The notes below the pieces were generated by a model, which ran no database searches, was not told where the DNA came from, and saw only the letters and a list, made by a program, of their open reading frames with translations. A DNA stretch of 64,000 nucleotides from a virus. The stretch's first letter is position 1, and each line of letters begins with the position of its first letter. The stretch is taken from positions 32,001-96,000 of IMG/VR virus record IMGVR_UViG_3300030085_004215; one strand, written 5' to 3'. The translations under genes and the position numbers were made by a program. This document shows, piece by piece, positions 26,528 through 37,874 of this stretch.

Positions 26528-27764
26528 TTACCATCCCCTCTTCAAGTGGTTTCACTCTTCTAATTTCAACATCAAATATATCTATCTCAAATCTTCCTTC
26601 TTCACCCGAATCAGAGAGTATATTTGATAAATTTTCAATAATATCTCTACTATAGTTCGTTATTCTATCACAATCAAATCTTAAAATAATATCATTATCT
26701 ACTTCCGAATGATGTGTCTTGATTTTTTTTGATAAATCGTACAATGTATTCTGTTGTTCTGAACTTATGTATTTATTTACACCATAACCTTTATGTCCAA
26801 CCCAATCTCCATAAATTGTGGTACACCACGGTTCTAAATATTCTAAATTCTGTAAATTACAATTCTCTACCACAAAACCTATATCATATACTTTAGGTAT
26901 GACTGGATGTAACCATTCATCATGAGTTATTATTGCACCCCATTTTCTAATAAAGTTTCGTGTACTCCGTTGGTTCTGAGCCAACCACTCCGATGATTCT
27001 CTACCCTTCATAAAAACTTGACCTGCAGGATTTCTAATTGCACCATCTTTGAATCTACTACCTCTACAAGTCATATGATACACAAACCCTTTCCAAGTCT
27101 GTATCAACTCGTATCCTGCCAAAAGAAATCTGTTGAATATATCAGAGTCCTCTTTGGATTGTGGTGCAAATAGTGGGTCATGTCCACCAACAAAATCCCA
27201 ATCCTTTTTCATTATGGCCCATGGTGCAAATATTCCTTTTGAAATCTCTTGATTGAGAGATAATGGCCCGTATAACAAACCATCCTTACCAGTTTGGATA
27301 TCATCAACAAACTTTAATAATTCAGTTTCTTTAAACTCCTCTGGTTCTATTCCGAAATCTTCTAATATTTTTTCTTTACCATCTGGATGTAATGGTGGTT
27401 CTATTCTTGTTAGTGATACGACAGTTCCATCTTTAATAAGTTTATCTATCTGTACATCTGAATTAGGACAGAGATACATATCTGCATGAAATATCATAAC
27501 TATATCATTACTTGAATACTCATTTATTAATGTATCATATAGAATAGTATGTCCTAATCTTTCTGGACCTGGATTGACATGTAATCTAACCTTTTTATCA
27601 GTTTTCATAATTTCCTCAACCCACTCAACTGTCCCATCTGTACTTGCATCACTTGCAATACAAATCTCGTGTTCTATAGATTGGTTCCTACGAATACTAT
27701 TATATGCCTGTTTTAAATATTTTAAGTTATTCCTACTTGGTAATATAAAACTTATAGGTCTCAT
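26499..27764 (-). CDS. Glycosyltransferase family 2
   Basis: ISFILPSRN, DASTDGT, HADM, GGHD, EDSD. Confidence 0.88.
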   Translation of the reverse strand: MRPISFILPSRNNLKYLKQAYNSIRRNQSIEHEICIASDASTDGTVEWVEEIMKTDKKVRLHVNPGPERLGHTILYDTLINEYSSNDIVMIFHADMYLCPNSDVQIDKLIKDGTVVSLTRIEPPLHPDGKEKILEDFGIEPEEFKETELLKFVDDIQTGKDGLLYGPLSLNQEISKGIFAPWAIMKKDWDFVGGHDPLFAPQSKEDSDIFNRFLLAGYELIQTWKGFVYHMTCRGSRFKDGAIRNPAGQVFMKGRESSEWLAQNQRSTRNFIRKWGAIITHDEWLHPVIPKVYDIGFVVENCNLQNLEYLEPWCTTIYGDWVGHKGYGVNKYISSEQQNTLYDLSKKIKTHHSEVDNDIILRFDCDRITNYSRDIIENLSNILSDSGEEGRFEIDIFDVEIRRVKPLEEGMVNDVFHIREK

Positions 27765-28672
27765 TTATTTGTCAACTCCCAATGTTCTTTCCATTTTTCT
27801 TCTGTATAGTTTTGTTCAAATCTCTTAAGTGTCGTATCACTACACAAATCCCAAAATTTTTGTGACCTTAGTTTTCTTGCAACTTCTTTGGCCCCTTCTA
27901 AATCACCAACCTCGACTGTAGTTAGTGGATGTAATATTTCTTGTGTATCCAATCCTTTGTATCCAATACAAGGTGTTCCATGAAACCCACAGTTCATGGC
28001 AAATGTACCAGCAGCATGTGTCCTCATCAGATGAACACCTATACTAAAACCACCTAATGTATCTAACCAATCTCTCCAATTCATATAAGGTAGGTAATCT
28101 ATATCCTCAATGGCATCTTCTTGGTCTTGTTTTCTACCCATCGAGGGTGCCGACATAGGATATCCTATCTCTCTTGCCACTATGTAAGAATCAAAACCAC
28201 CATACCAACTAACAAAGTTACCACCAATCATTATACTGTTACTCCATCCAAACTCTCTTCTATTAAATCCATCAGTAATCATCAAACTTCTCATCACTCT
28301 TACATCCTTACAACCTAAACCAAGATAGTAATTCACATCACTTTCATTGTGACAATATACCCAATCTGCATCTGTTATCGTATTATAGTATTTGAATTGA
28401 TTTTCAATGGTGTAATCTTGAAAATACCAATGTGGTCCTTCCTGCATTACTGCAACTTTATCACAACATTCTCTGTATGTATTTAAATCTACATTAGGAT
28501 TTGTTTTTGGTATTATAACAATACCCAAATCAAACTTTTCACTCGGTATGTTGTTTATATTATAATGTGGTGCATCTAATGCCATCATCCAACCATATTC
28601 AGTTCTGGCATTGGGAAAATCTCTTGGTATTTTACCTTCTATTTGACTTTCTGAAAAAAATACAACCTTCAT
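27761..28672 (-). CDS. Glycosyltransferase-like protein (GT-B type)
   Basis: C-terminal AGTFAMNCGFHGTPCIG; island context. Confidence 0.55.
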   Translation of the reverse strand: MKVVFFSESQIEGKIPRDFPNARTEYGWMMALDAPHYNINNIPSEKFDLGIVIIPKTNPNVDLNTYRECCDKVAVMQEGPHWYFQDYTIENQFKYYNTITDADWVYCHNESDVNYYLGLGCKDVRVMRSLMITDGFNRREFGWSNSIMIGGNFVSWYGGFDSYIVAREIGYPMSAPSMGRKQDQEDAIEDIDYLPYMNWRDWLDTLGGFSIGVHLMRTHAAGTFAMNCGFHGTPCIGYKGLDTQEILHPLTTVEVGDLEGAKEVARKLRSQKFWDLCSDTTLKRFEQNYTEEKWKEHWELTNK

Positions 28673-29340
28673 TTTATCTCTGATATTGTAACAAAATTTA
28701 ATTTATATTGTGATAATAAATATTCTAAAACCTGTTCAAAATGTAGAAAATTTTCTTCATTCCACACATTTTGATTGTGTGTTCCATTGATATGTGATTG
28801 AAACATAAATGTATTTCCATATAAACTTAATGAATCTGGTTCATTAATACCATCACACCCCTCAAAAAAATTACATCCCCATTTTATTCCTTGATTTATT
28901 TCACTATGTCCTGCAACCCACTCAAAATTACCACTAATTGCATCTGCACTTTGTTGGTTCACTCCCCAACCTGGTGCCCTAAATCCATTTGGTTTGTAAC
29001 CACACTTCTCCCACAAGTTTAAACTTTCTTGAACCCGTTCCATTGCAAGACCATAACTTAATTCGTAAAACTCCATCTCACCCAAGTTTTCGGTTTTACA
29101 TGCATGATAATGACCATGATTACTCATTTCAATCCAATCATATTGTTTCCAAAAATCCACAAACTCTTTTGTGATTGGATACTTACCATGATAATTACTC
29201 GGAATAAATAAATTAAATTTTACTCCATAATTGTGGTGTAGATTTTCAAGATATTGTATTTGGACATCACCCTCAACACCCCACTCTTTTTCTGGATGTA
29301 CATCATCAATTGCCACAACTACATTTGTTTCCATTACCAA
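28669..29340 (-). CDS. Polysaccharide deacetylase-like protein (DUF2334/NodB fold)
   Basis: IDDVHP, HGHYH, FRAPGW, SH. Confidence 0.75.
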   Translation of the reverse strand: MVMETNVVVAIDDVHPEKEWGVEGDVQIQYLENLHHNYGVKFNLFIPSNYHGKYPITKEFVDFWKQYDWIEMSNHGHYHACKTENLGEMEFYELSYGLAMERVQESLNLWEKCGYKPNGFRAPGWGVNQQSADAISGNFEWVAGHSEINQGIKWGCNFFEGCDGINEPDSLSLYGNTFMFQSHINGTHNQNVWNEENFLHFEQVLEYLLSQYKLNFVTISEIK

Positions 29341-29732
29341 CTCACTTCCCAGTCCTCAAATTCAGCAGCAATACAATCTATCTTGTAGTCCTTACGTCCT
29401 TCTCCAACCTGGTCTTGTATCACATTCTTTGCAGTATTTCTAATACCATTTAATCCGTGAGTTAAACCAAGATTACCATCACCTTCCCCTGCTCGATATG
29501 AAGACTCATTATACCATATATGTGTATTCATCTGTGCCAATACTATAATTGCCCTAATCATCTCACCTGTAGGTTTTTCCCAATTCAGTAACATATCTAA
29601 ATCATGAACTATATCCTTGATTTCTTTTGCATACTCTTCTTTATGTTCTGGTATCTTTACCTCTTTTAATTGTATTATTGATAACCTGTCAATTAACTCT
29701 GAAATCGTTGGTAAATATTTTCTATCTGCCAT
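29334..29732 (-). CDS. Conserved hypothetical protein
   Basis: ELIDRLSIIQLK, N..IW..E, LNGIRN. Confidence 0.6.
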   Translation of the reverse strand: MADRKYLPTISELIDRLSIIQLKEVKIPEHKEEYAKEIKDIVHDLDMLLNWEKPTGEMIRAIIVLAQMNTHIWYNESSYRAGEGDGNLGLTHGLNGIRNTAKNVIQDQVGEGRKDYKIDCIAAEFEDWEVSW

Positions 29733-30534
29733 CTAATTGTTCCTTATATTTTTTAATACCTATTAATGGGTCTGTTGGTGTCCAATTAGGTAAAAAAGTA
29801 TGTGTTGCAGCACAAGTATAATCTTGATACCCAATTGGTTTTTGATTCACATTTGTAAAATGATATGGTACATCTAACACATCACATATATCATTATATG
29901 ATGTTGGTTTACCAGTACCTACATCGTAAATACCACTTATATTACCATTAATTGTTGTATATTCTTTCATTGCAAGTATACATGCATCAACTACATCCTC
30001 AACCCAAATAAAATCTCTTTGTGGTGATTTATGTTCATTACCATCTTGTGGAAATATTCCAAAATTATCTGATTTATATATTTGATATGGTATTGATGAC
30101 ATTAAACCTTTATGTTCCTCTCCGATTCCATATGTATTGAAAAATCTCAATGATATAAATTTATCACCTAATAATGACATACCAAGTTTTTCTGCACAAT
30201 ATTTTGACCAAGAATATGAATTAGTAGGACCAGAACTCCTTACAAGAGAACCACCATATCCATAAATTGCAGAACTACTTGCAAACACCACCCTCTTATC
30301 GTATTTTTTTGCAAATTCAAACACCACTCTACTACGAACAAAATTATGATAAAACATATTATTAATATCGGGTTCTCTTAAATCTGCACAGGCACCTATA
30401 TGAAAAATACCATCACACTCCTTGAAGGCATTTTCATCATAATTATCATCAATACCAAACCCAATATATTCATCGAACCTATTTGCAAGATTTTTTCCTA
30501 TGAACCCTTTGTGACCAGTAATTATGTAACTCAT
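29722..30534 (-). CDS. NAD-dependent epimerase, ADP-heptose-6-epimerase (HldD)-like
   Basis: ITGHKGFIG, FHIGA, ASSSAIYG, YSWSK, RFFNTYGIGEEHKG, RDFIWVED. Confidence 0.8.
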   Translation of the reverse strand: MSYIITGHKGFIGKNLANRFDEYIGFGIDDNYDENAFKECDGIFHIGACADLREPDINNMFYHNFVRSRVVFEFAKKYDKRVVFASSSAIYGYGGSLVRSSGPTNSYSWSKYCAEKLGMSLLGDKFISLRFFNTYGIGEEHKGLMSSIPYQIYKSDNFGIFPQDGNEHKSPQRDFIWVEDVVDACILAMKEYTTINGNISGIYDVGTGKPTSYNDICDVLDVPYHFTNVNQKPIGYQDYTCAATHTFLPNWTPTDPLIGIKKYKEQLDGR

Positions 30535-31526
30535 TTTTTTGCCTCTTTTAGAAAATCTTCATAAGTAAAAAATTTAGATTGATTGTTGAGTAACTTTGCC
30601 TCATTGTGTTTAGACATCTGAGATATAATATCCCACCAATTTCCCTTTTTATCAACATAACCTCGTTGATTAGTTTCATCCTTAATATATAATCGTTTTC
30701 TTGGGTGTCGTCTGTTGTGTACTCTCAAAATATTTTTAACAACAAATTGTACATAAGAATCACCAAGAACTAATTTTGCCATTCTACCAAAACTTGTATC
30801 CTCTGCACACATCAATAACGAATGTGGTATATTAACACCAGATTTTATAACATCCGATTTAATTACAAGACAACTACCATCAAACTTTGGGTAATCTATA
30901 ATTTTAATATCTAACTCATCACCCATCTCATTAATTTCGTTCATCCTATCAATAGTCATATAGGCTTTTTCTGATGCCTCATGGTTATCTGTCCACTCTT
31001 GTTTATCCACATACTCAACATCTTCAAAATATGGATGTTCTAAAACTTTCCAAGAATCATCCCAATTTTTTCTGTATCCGAATGTAAGTACATATCTGTT
31101 GATATTGTTTTGTTTAGCATACTCATCAACACTTTCTATGGTCGTTAGTGTTTCTTTTGGGAATAGACTATCTGTCTCACCCCATAAAACAAAATCAACA
31201 TCCTCACAATAATTGTGATTCAAATCTCTTCTGTAACCTGGTATGTTATAGATTGGGTCATCGTTGGTTTTTGTAGTTACATTTACTTTATATCCTGCAC
31301 TTTCCAACCGTCTTGTCTTGTTAAAAAAACTTACAAATATTTTCTTTTCATCACCATCTATTCTTTCTAAATATTCAGAGATATTCCAAGTGAAATCAAA
31401 TATAATGTTTTCCTTATTTTCTACTCCATCACAAAAATTTAAACATGATTGAATATATTCATCAACCATTTCTATTTCGTAAAACATTACATGACAACCA
31501 ACCACATATTTATTTTTCAATAACAT
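30531..31526 (-). CDS. Putative GT-A glycosyltransferase
   Basis: WGETD, FDGSCL, EDT; island context. Confidence 0.5.
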   Translation of the reverse strand: MLLKNKYVVGCHVMFYEIEMVDEYIQSCLNFCDGVENKENIIFDFTWNISEYLERIDGDEKKIFVSFFNKTRRLESAGYKVNVTTKTNDDPIYNIPGYRRDLNHNYCEDVDFVLWGETDSLFPKETLTTIESVDEYAKQNNINRYVLTFGYRKNWDDSWKVLEHPYFEDVEYVDKQEWTDNHEASEKAYMTIDRMNEINEMGDELDIKIIDYPKFDGSCLVIKSDVIKSGVNIPHSLLMCAEDTSFGRMAKLVLGDSYVQFVVKNILRVHNRRHPRKRLYIKDETNQRGYVDKKGNWWDIISQMSKHNEAKLLNNQSKFFTYEDFLKEAKK

Positions 31527-32310
31527 AATTATCCTTTATTGTATTCCACACATTTTTCATCAAATCATTTCTTTGTGTTTTATCAAACCCATTAAAATGC
31601 CAAACCCAACCTGTCTCAAAAAGTAGGTTTCCTTGTAGTACACCTCTCATATGTAGTTGTGAGAGATTGAACTTATCACTTAAAAATTTCAATTCATAAT
31701 CACTTGCACGAATCATATAATTTATAGGAGTTTGGTCTGAACCCTTTTTCAATGTATTATGTTGTCGGTTTCTGAGTTCATCTTCATTCTCGTAATAGAA
31801 ATCAGTAACAGTTTTACAAAACTCCTTATGTTTTTTATTCATAACAATGAACCCACAATTAAAATATGTAGTCCAATCAAATTTTACATCGGGCCAGAAA
31901 TCTTGATAACCTTTTATACTATTATGACTCCATTCTATGAAAAATTTATCTTGAACTGCACCAAACTCACCACCTGCCTCATCAAAGAAATTAGGACAAT
32001 CCCAATGAACCATAGTATCTATATCAACCAATGCAACATTTTCATAATCAACATCATTTGCATCTAATACATCAAATACATGCCACCTTTGCCAAGTTGG
32101 TTTCATACCTTCACCATCACCATATACACCACCACCCGAAGGTCTTAGTTCATCTTGAAGTATAATTAATTCAACATCATTTTTCTTACACCAATACTCC
32201 CAAGTTTTAAAACACCATTCTTTATAATCAAGAAAATCTGGTGCATTTTCAAAACATGTCATAAAAACTACATTCTTACCCATCATACCACTCATTATTA
32301 TATTTTGCAA
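31510..32310 (-). CDS. Glycosyltransferase (GT8/GT34-like)
   Basis: VDIDT DxD, YFNCGF, DQTPIN, WHFNG. Confidence 0.75.
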   Translation of the reverse strand: MQNIIMSGMMGKNVVFMTCFENAPDFLDYKEWCFKTWEYWCKKNDVELIILQDELRPSGGGVYGDGEGMKPTWQRWHVFDVLDANDVDYENVALVDIDTMVHWDCPNFFDEAGGEFGAVQDKFFIEWSHNSIKGYQDFWPDVKFDWTTYFNCGFIVMNKKHKEFCKTVTDFYYENEDELRNRQHNTLKKGSDQTPINYMIRASDYELKFLSDKFNLSQLHMRGVLQGNLLFETGWVWHFNGFDKTQRNDLMKNVWNTIKDNYVIEK

Positions 32311-32887
32311 TTATTCCTTCAACATCTGTTAAAGGACCTCCACTACCTCGGATTTCACCTGCAGGTAATCCTATTTCTTTTATCACATTAAACCCATCTA
32401 TTTCAGATTCAAATCGTTTTACTGCACCTTTTACTCCATCATCGTAATACATATGTCCCTTTCCATAATCATCAAAGATAAAATATGATGTCTCATTGGA
32501 TAGGTTTGCACAATTAATGATATCACTATATACATTAATATTATCATGAACACAATCGATAAAAAATACATCAAATTTATCTTCTAAATTCCATTCACCA
32601 TCATATAAATCTTTTTGTATGTAGGTTATATTATCTCTGTCTGAATTTAATTCACGAGCCATTCTTAGATTCGGTTCTTCTCTCCAATCCATAGTTACAA
32701 CCTCTTTGAATAAAAAAGATAACACTCTCGTAGTATGACCGTGATTAGTACCACACTCTAAAACTTTTAGTTCACTTGGGTTCTTATCTTTAAAAAAAGA
32801 TAAAACATCATTCTTAAAAGTTATACTGGTCGTTTCTTTATAATCTCTCTTTCGTGGTATATCCTTAAAAACACTATCTTTGTTCAT
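32276..32887 (-). CDS. Class I SAM-dependent methyltransferase
   Basis: VLECGTNHGHTT, FFIDCVH, IFDDY. Confidence 0.8.
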   Translation of the reverse strand: MNKDSVFKDIPRKRDYKETTSITFKNDVLSFFKDKNPSELKVLECGTNHGHTTRVLSFLFKEVVTMDWREEPNLRMARELNSDRDNITYIQKDLYDGEWNLEDKFDVFFIDCVHDNINVYSDIINCANLSNETSYFIFDDYGKGHMYYDDGVKGAVKRFESEIDGFNVIKEIGLPAGEIRGSGGPLTDVEGIIAKYNNEWYDG

Positions 32888-33752
32888 CTACAACTCCCAA
32901 AAATCTATGAAAAACACCCTTGTTAAAATTTTCTAAAACACCCTGTCTAAAACTACTTGATGATACATACTCTGAGTTCATTCTCCCTCGTTCACCCTCA
33001 ATACAAAATTCACTTACTCTGTAATAAGGTGATAGAAATCTAAGTTTTGGGTATAAGTTATTGCCCTCTATATATTTCATAAACTTAACACATTGCATAT
33101 TCCAATTCTGCATTAGGGAATCACTATATTGTTTGGCATCAGTTTTACCTAAACGAGATTCCATATCACAACCAGTAAAATCAAATACCCCACCTAAATC
33201 ATCCATAACCTTTCGTTTTATAAAATCAAAAGAACCTCTTATCATACCCCTATCTTGAGGACAGTTATTTGATAATACTATCCATTCATCATCATATGGC
33301 ATTTCATTTCTAACATAATTACCGACATCACCATTATTATAAAACTTTGTTAATTTATTTCCCAACACTAAATTTAGTAAATCATCACGAAGTATAAAGT
33401 TATCATCACCAGATAATAAAAACATATCATAATCTTTGTAATCATAATCTTCTGCCCATTGATTATAAACTCCCCAATCACCTAATGTGTTTGGTTTTTT
33501 AATGTAATTCCAACCAAAACTTTCTATGGTTTCTATTGTGGCAATATCTTTGTAGTAGAAATTATCAAGTGATACGAGTATTTCATCACTACCTGGATGT
33601 ATAGTTTTTTCTCCTACTGCATGTTTTGGGTCTCTATGTGATACACAAAAATAATCCACTTCCCAATCATTTGGAAATGGTTGTCTTGGTAATTGTTTAT
33701 AGAAATATTCTGGATAATGCCACCCACAAACTATAACCGCTAATTTTTTCAT
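32874..33752 (-). CDS. Putative GT-A-fold protein
   Basis: LSGDDNFI, IRGSFDF; island context. Confidence 0.45.
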   Translation of the reverse strand: MKKLAVIVCGWHYPEYFYKQLPRQPFPNDWEVDYFCVSHRDPKHAVGEKTIHPGSDEILVSLDNFYYKDIATIETIESFGWNYIKKPNTLGDWGVYNQWAEDYDYKDYDMFLLSGDDNFILRDDLLNLVLGNKLTKFYNNGDVGNYVRNEMPYDDEWIVLSNNCPQDRGMIRGSFDFIKRKVMDDLGGVFDFTGCDMESRLGKTDAKQYSDSLMQNWNMQCVKFMKYIEGNNLYPKLRFLSPYYRVSEFCIEGERGRMNSEYVSSSSFRQGVLENFNKGVFHRFLGVVDEQR

Positions 33753-34346
33753 TTAATATCCCACAATTTTAGAAATACAACTTTTTTCTGTATGACCATA
33801 AACACATTCTATCTTACAATCAACTTCAGTTATTGGTTTTTCATTTCTTTTTAAATTTATCTCATCCCTAAGTTTAGAACCACCACAAAAATATATATTT
33901 ACACCTCGTTCAACCGCCTCTTTTATTACTGGTTGATTGAAAACATTATTTAATTTATCACCATCATTATCAATATCAACAAAACACATATCAAAATCAT
34001 GTGGTGCATTAAACCAATCAAATATATCATCAACTTGATAAAATTTAACAAATGGAATAAGGTCATATTTATGTAAATGTCCACCAACTCTGTCCACATT
34101 ATTATCGGATACTTGCCAGATATTATTTGGTTTATATGAATCATATGTGTTTACAACTCCATTTTCAGATACATCTCTTACTCCCATTGCAAGTGCACTT
34201 GTAACATATCCAAAACCAGTACCAAACTCTAAAATATTTTTTGCATTATTTGTAACCACTTCATCGTAAATAAATTGTAAAAACCCTTGTGGATATCCTG
34301 TCCATTGATGTTTAGTGTTGTTATCACTAATTTGTTGAAACGACAT
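33753..34346 (-). CDS. SAM-dependent methyltransferase-like protein
   Basis: ILEFGTGFG, DMCFVDID. Confidence 0.7.
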   Translation of the reverse strand: MSFQQISDNNTKHQWTGYPQGFLQFIYDEVVTNNAKNILEFGTGFGYVTSALAMGVRDVSENGVVNTYDSYKPNNIWQVSDNNVDRVGGHLHKYDLIPFVKFYQVDDIFDWFNAPHDFDMCFVDIDNDGDKLNNVFNQPVIKEAVERGVNIYFCGGSKLRDEINLKRNEKPITEVDCKIECVYGHTEKSCISKIVGY

Positions 34347-35278
34347 TATAAAAAACTCTTTACTTTATCAATAACATATTCCAAATCAACCATAGACATT
34401 GTTTCATTCATTGGTAAACTTACTGTTCTATCCTTAATTCGTTCAGATTCTTTATATGTACGATATCTTTTTGCCAAATTTAATTTACTATATACAGAAT
34501 TTAAATGTAAAGCATCATAATGAATTCCACAAGTTATTCCAACATCTTTCATCTTTTTAATAAATGATACATTGTCCGTAGTTTCTATTCTATATAAATG
34601 TTTACTTGAATTACTATAACCAAGTTCTTTATTATAAGTATCAACAATATAATCCAAATACGACATTTTTTCTTCGAAGTTTTTAAAATTATTTTGTATT
34701 ATTTTTGCCTGTATTGAACTCATATACATTTTATAACCAGGAAAAGATATACCCCTTTCCCAATTGTTATCGGCATAGGTCATTCCATTCAATACTGCTT
34801 CCTTAAACCATTTATATTTGTTATAATCATCAGTTACAATCATACCACCATCTGCACCACCAAGTGGTTTAGTTGGATAGTGACTGAATATCATTAAATC
34901 ATTTGGTTCACATTCTTTTTTGAATTGATTTGGTTCTAACTTTTGTGCAGAATCAACAATCTTATAATCTTTAAATTGATGTAATACATATGAATCTCCA
35001 ACCCATTCAGTATCGTCTATGAATTTAAATTCATTACCACTCGTGATTATTGCATTAACCACAACTGGTGGTAAAACACTTGGTAGATTTGGAACTACAT
35101 TTTTATTAACAAACGATAAGAAGATGGCACTTGTAGCACTATTAACTGAACAGGCATACTTTGCACCAACATATTCTGCAATTTGTTTTTCTAAATCTGA
35201 TACTACATCTGCATGTAGATAATGATTAAACTCTGAAGTATCTATAATGTGGTGGTCTAAATTAAATAACTGAATCAT
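34346..35278 (-). CDS. DegT/DnrJ/EryC1/StrS sugar aminotransferase (shortened)
   Basis: VNSATSA, VDSAQ, FSHYPTKPLGGADGG, GIHY. Confidence 0.85.
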   Translation of the reverse strand: MIQLFNLDHHIIDTSEFNHYLHADVVSDLEKQIAEYVGAKYACSVNSATSAIFLSFVNKNVVPNLPSVLPPVVVNAIITSGNEFKFIDDTEWVGDSYVLHQFKDYKIVDSAQKLEPNQFKKECEPNDLMIFSHYPTKPLGGADGGMIVTDDYNKYKWFKEAVLNGMTYADNNWERGISFPGYKMYMSSIQAKIIQNNFKNFEEKMSYLDYIVDTYNKELGYSNSSKHLYRIETTDNVSFIKKMKDVGITCGIHYDALHLNSVYSKLNLAKRYRTYKESERIKDRTVSLPMNETMSMVDLEYVIDKVKSFL

Positions 35279-36428
35279 TTAATACCTTTCGTATATTATC
35301 ACATATAAATTTCATATCATAATCATCTAACCTGGCAGAACCTGGAAGATTTACACCCCTATTAGAAATATCGTAACTAACTTTATTTTCAGAATAAACT
35401 TCACCATCTGATGTATGAATTGCAAATGGTGGTAACATAGATAATGGATAAAAGAATGGTCGAATAGGAACATCAAGTTCTGCCATCTTTTGAATAAAAG
35501 TTTCTTTATCTATATTATAAGATTTACCGATTACCATTGTCGTAATCCATGCACCATTCTCTACAACCTCTGATGATTCATTGAAATATAAATCATCCAA
35601 ATCTGATAATGCTTCTCTATAAAATTGTAACTGATATTGTTTCTTCAAAACTATCTCATCTAATCTTTGAAATTGTGCATAACCTAATGCAGCTTGTAAA
35701 TTGAATGGCATGTATTTATATGTTACAAATTCATTGAAATACATTTTTTGGTTTGGGTCTCTCATATGTGGTGGTAATGCACCATCTCTACCATGGTCTC
35801 TCCAAATCATACACTTTTTATACAACTCTTCATCATCCAACAATAACATTCCACCTTCACCCGTTGTTAAGGTTTTAGTTCTATGAAAACTAAATACTGA
35901 ACCAATACCGAACTTACCTGCAGGTATATCTTTATACTTAGAACCCAATGCTTCTGCTGCATCTTCAATCAAGGGTATATCGTATTTTTTAGATATTTCT
36001 GTTATCTCATCCATATGTGGCATGTTACCAAAAATATCAACAACTATTATTGCTTTAGTTTTTTCTGTTATACATTTCTCAATTGATTGTGGTGATGAAC
36101 ACCAATTATGTTCATCAATATCACAGAACACGGGTTTTGCATTTAAATATGTTACTGGTGCTGCAGTTGCAATCCAAGTTATATCTGGTACTATTACTTC
36201 ATCACCTTCACCAACTCCTAAACATTTTAATAACAGATGAATCGCAGTAGTACAATTTGGAGTCATTATTCCAAATTTTCTATCATGATATTCTGCAAAC
36301 TCATTTTGAAACTTTTCTACATAGTAATATGGTTTTTCATACCAACCAGTTTTCATTGCATCTACCACGATATCTATTTCGTGTTGTGTGATATCTGGTC
36401 CAGCCATATCTATATTTCTACCACTCAT
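35262..36428 (-). CDS. DegT/DnrJ/EryC1/StrS sugar aminotransferase
   Basis: GDEVIVP, EDAAEALG, FSFHRTKTLTTGEGG. Confidence 0.92.
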   Translation of the reverse strand: MSGRNIDMAGPDITQHEIDIVVDAMKTGWYEKPYYYVEKFQNEFAEYHDRKFGIMTPNCTTAIHLLLKCLGVGEGDEVIVPDITWIATAAPVTYLNAKPVFCDIDEHNWCSSPQSIEKCITEKTKAIIVVDIFGNMPHMDEITEISKKYDIPLIEDAAEALGSKYKDIPAGKFGIGSVFSFHRTKTLTTGEGGMLLLDDEELYKKCMIWRDHGRDGALPPHMRDPNQKMYFNEFVTYKYMPFNLQAALGYAQFQRLDEIVLKKQYQLQFYREALSDLDDLYFNESSEVVENGAWITTMVIGKSYNIDKETFIQKMAELDVPIRPFFYPLSMLPPFAIHTSDGEVYSENKVSYDISNRGVNLPGSARLDDYDMKFICDNIRKVLNDSVI

Positions 36429-37182
36429 TTTCTGCCTCTATTTTTATTGATACAAAATATTTTTTTCCTTTATCATAAAAAAAGGTTCCACCCTTATTAC
36501 CAAAGGTTCTACCTCTAATTCTATTTAATAAATCTCTTGCAGTATACTTTTCATCCAATTCTAAACAAGAATGTTTATCCAATTCTTTTTTCAAATGAAA
36601 ATTACCTTTACTATTATCAACAACTTTGGTTGTATAATCAGATGTGATTATCCTTTCAAAATTTGATTTAAATAAATTTATAGTGTTTATTAAGTTTGCT
36701 TGGTAAACACTACCACCTGTATCTGTCCAATTATACCTTATTTCATTTTGAAATAAAATCTCACCCTCATCAATATTTTCATTAATAAAATGTATTGTAG
36801 TTCCCGCAGCAGTTCCATCCACAAGTGACCAGTAGTAAGGATGCATTCCACGATTCCACGGTATCATACTTGGGTGTAAATTAATAAAACCAATTTTTAC
36901 AGATTTAATACTTTCTTTTTTAACAATGGTAGGAAACCATAATAGTAATACTAAATCAACATTATTATCTTTATTTAATTGTCTGAATTCGTCTGAATTT
37001 ACACTTAATGTACCTTTAAAATTTACACCCCTGTCAATAGAAAGTGCTTTTATATCTTCCTCATAAGGTAACTCTGCAGTTACAACATATGATATATTAA
37101 AATCAAGCCAATCTTGGGCATCAATAACAAAATCTAATAATTCGTATCCAACTTCATTTGCTGCACAAATTCCGATGTTCAT
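36418..37182 (-). CDS. Sugar N-formyltransferase
   Basis: INLHPS..PWNRG, GTTIHF..IDEG. Confidence 0.85.
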   Translation of the reverse strand: MNIGICAANEVGYELLDFVIDAQDWLDFNISYVVTAELPYEEDIKALSIDRGVNFKGTLSVNSDEFRQLNKDNNVDLVLLLWFPTIVKKESIKSVKIGFINLHPSMIPWNRGMHPYYWSLVDGTAAGTTIHFINENIDEGEILFQNEIRYNWTDTGGSVYQANLINTINLFKSNFERIITSDYTTKVVDNSKGNFHLKKELDKHSCLELDEKYTARDLLNRIRGRTFGNKGGTFFYDKGKKYFVSIKIEAENEW

Positions 37183-37874
37183 TTTGAATCGTGCTCACTA
37201 TCACGGCCGTCGAACTGCAGGTCATTATTGAACTCTGCCTTCACTGCAGTTTGTTTATCTTCTTCACTAGCGATTGACCAGTACATTACACCTAAAGTCT
37301 TTCTATCCATACCCTCTGTTATGGTAGGGAATCCGTGCCAGGATGTATCAGAACACTTAAACACATTTAAACAATTAAATTTATATGGTAGTGTGGTGTG
37401 TTCTTTACCATTATGTAACCTCAAATCAAATGATGAATCGTATTCTTCTGATACACATAATATTGCAGAGTATTCTCGTTTCCAATCAGTATTTTTTCCA
37501 TGAATGGTGGCATCTCTATGCATTCCAAGATACCCACCCTCACCATATCTATTTGGTGTAATCATCATACCACCACCATAATGTGAAGTATCAGGAAAAG
37601 CATTCTCAGTTAAACCAAATACCTCGTTAGGGTCAAAGTGTGTTGCGATATAATCTAACACTAATAGTGCAGGTGGTGGTACATTTTCTCTACCTAACTT
37701 TGAACAATATTGTACCTGTCCATCACCTTCACCATAACGAACCCAATCATCTACTTGATTAAAACTTTCTGCTGCTGCTAAAACTAAACTACGAGATGGA
37801 ATAAAATCCTCAATCGATACTGCAGGATATGGTGTATCAATTCGTTTTAAGTTTTTTGAATTCATCATAATCAT
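37179..37874 (-). CDS. 2OG-Fe(II) oxygenase
   Basis: GGYLGMHRD, SWHG, RKT. Confidence 0.78.
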   Translation of the reverse strand: MIMMNSKNLKRIDTPYPAVSIEDFIPSRSLVLAAAESFNQVDDWVRYGEGDGQVQYCSKLGRENVPPPALLVLDYIATHFDPNEVFGLTENAFPDTSHYGGGMMITPNRYGEGGYLGMHRDATIHGKNTDWKREYSAILCVSEEYDSSFDLRLHNGKEHTTLPYKFNCLNVFKCSDTSWHGFPTITEGMDRKTLGVMYWSIASEEDKQTAVKAEFNNDLQFDGRDSEHDSK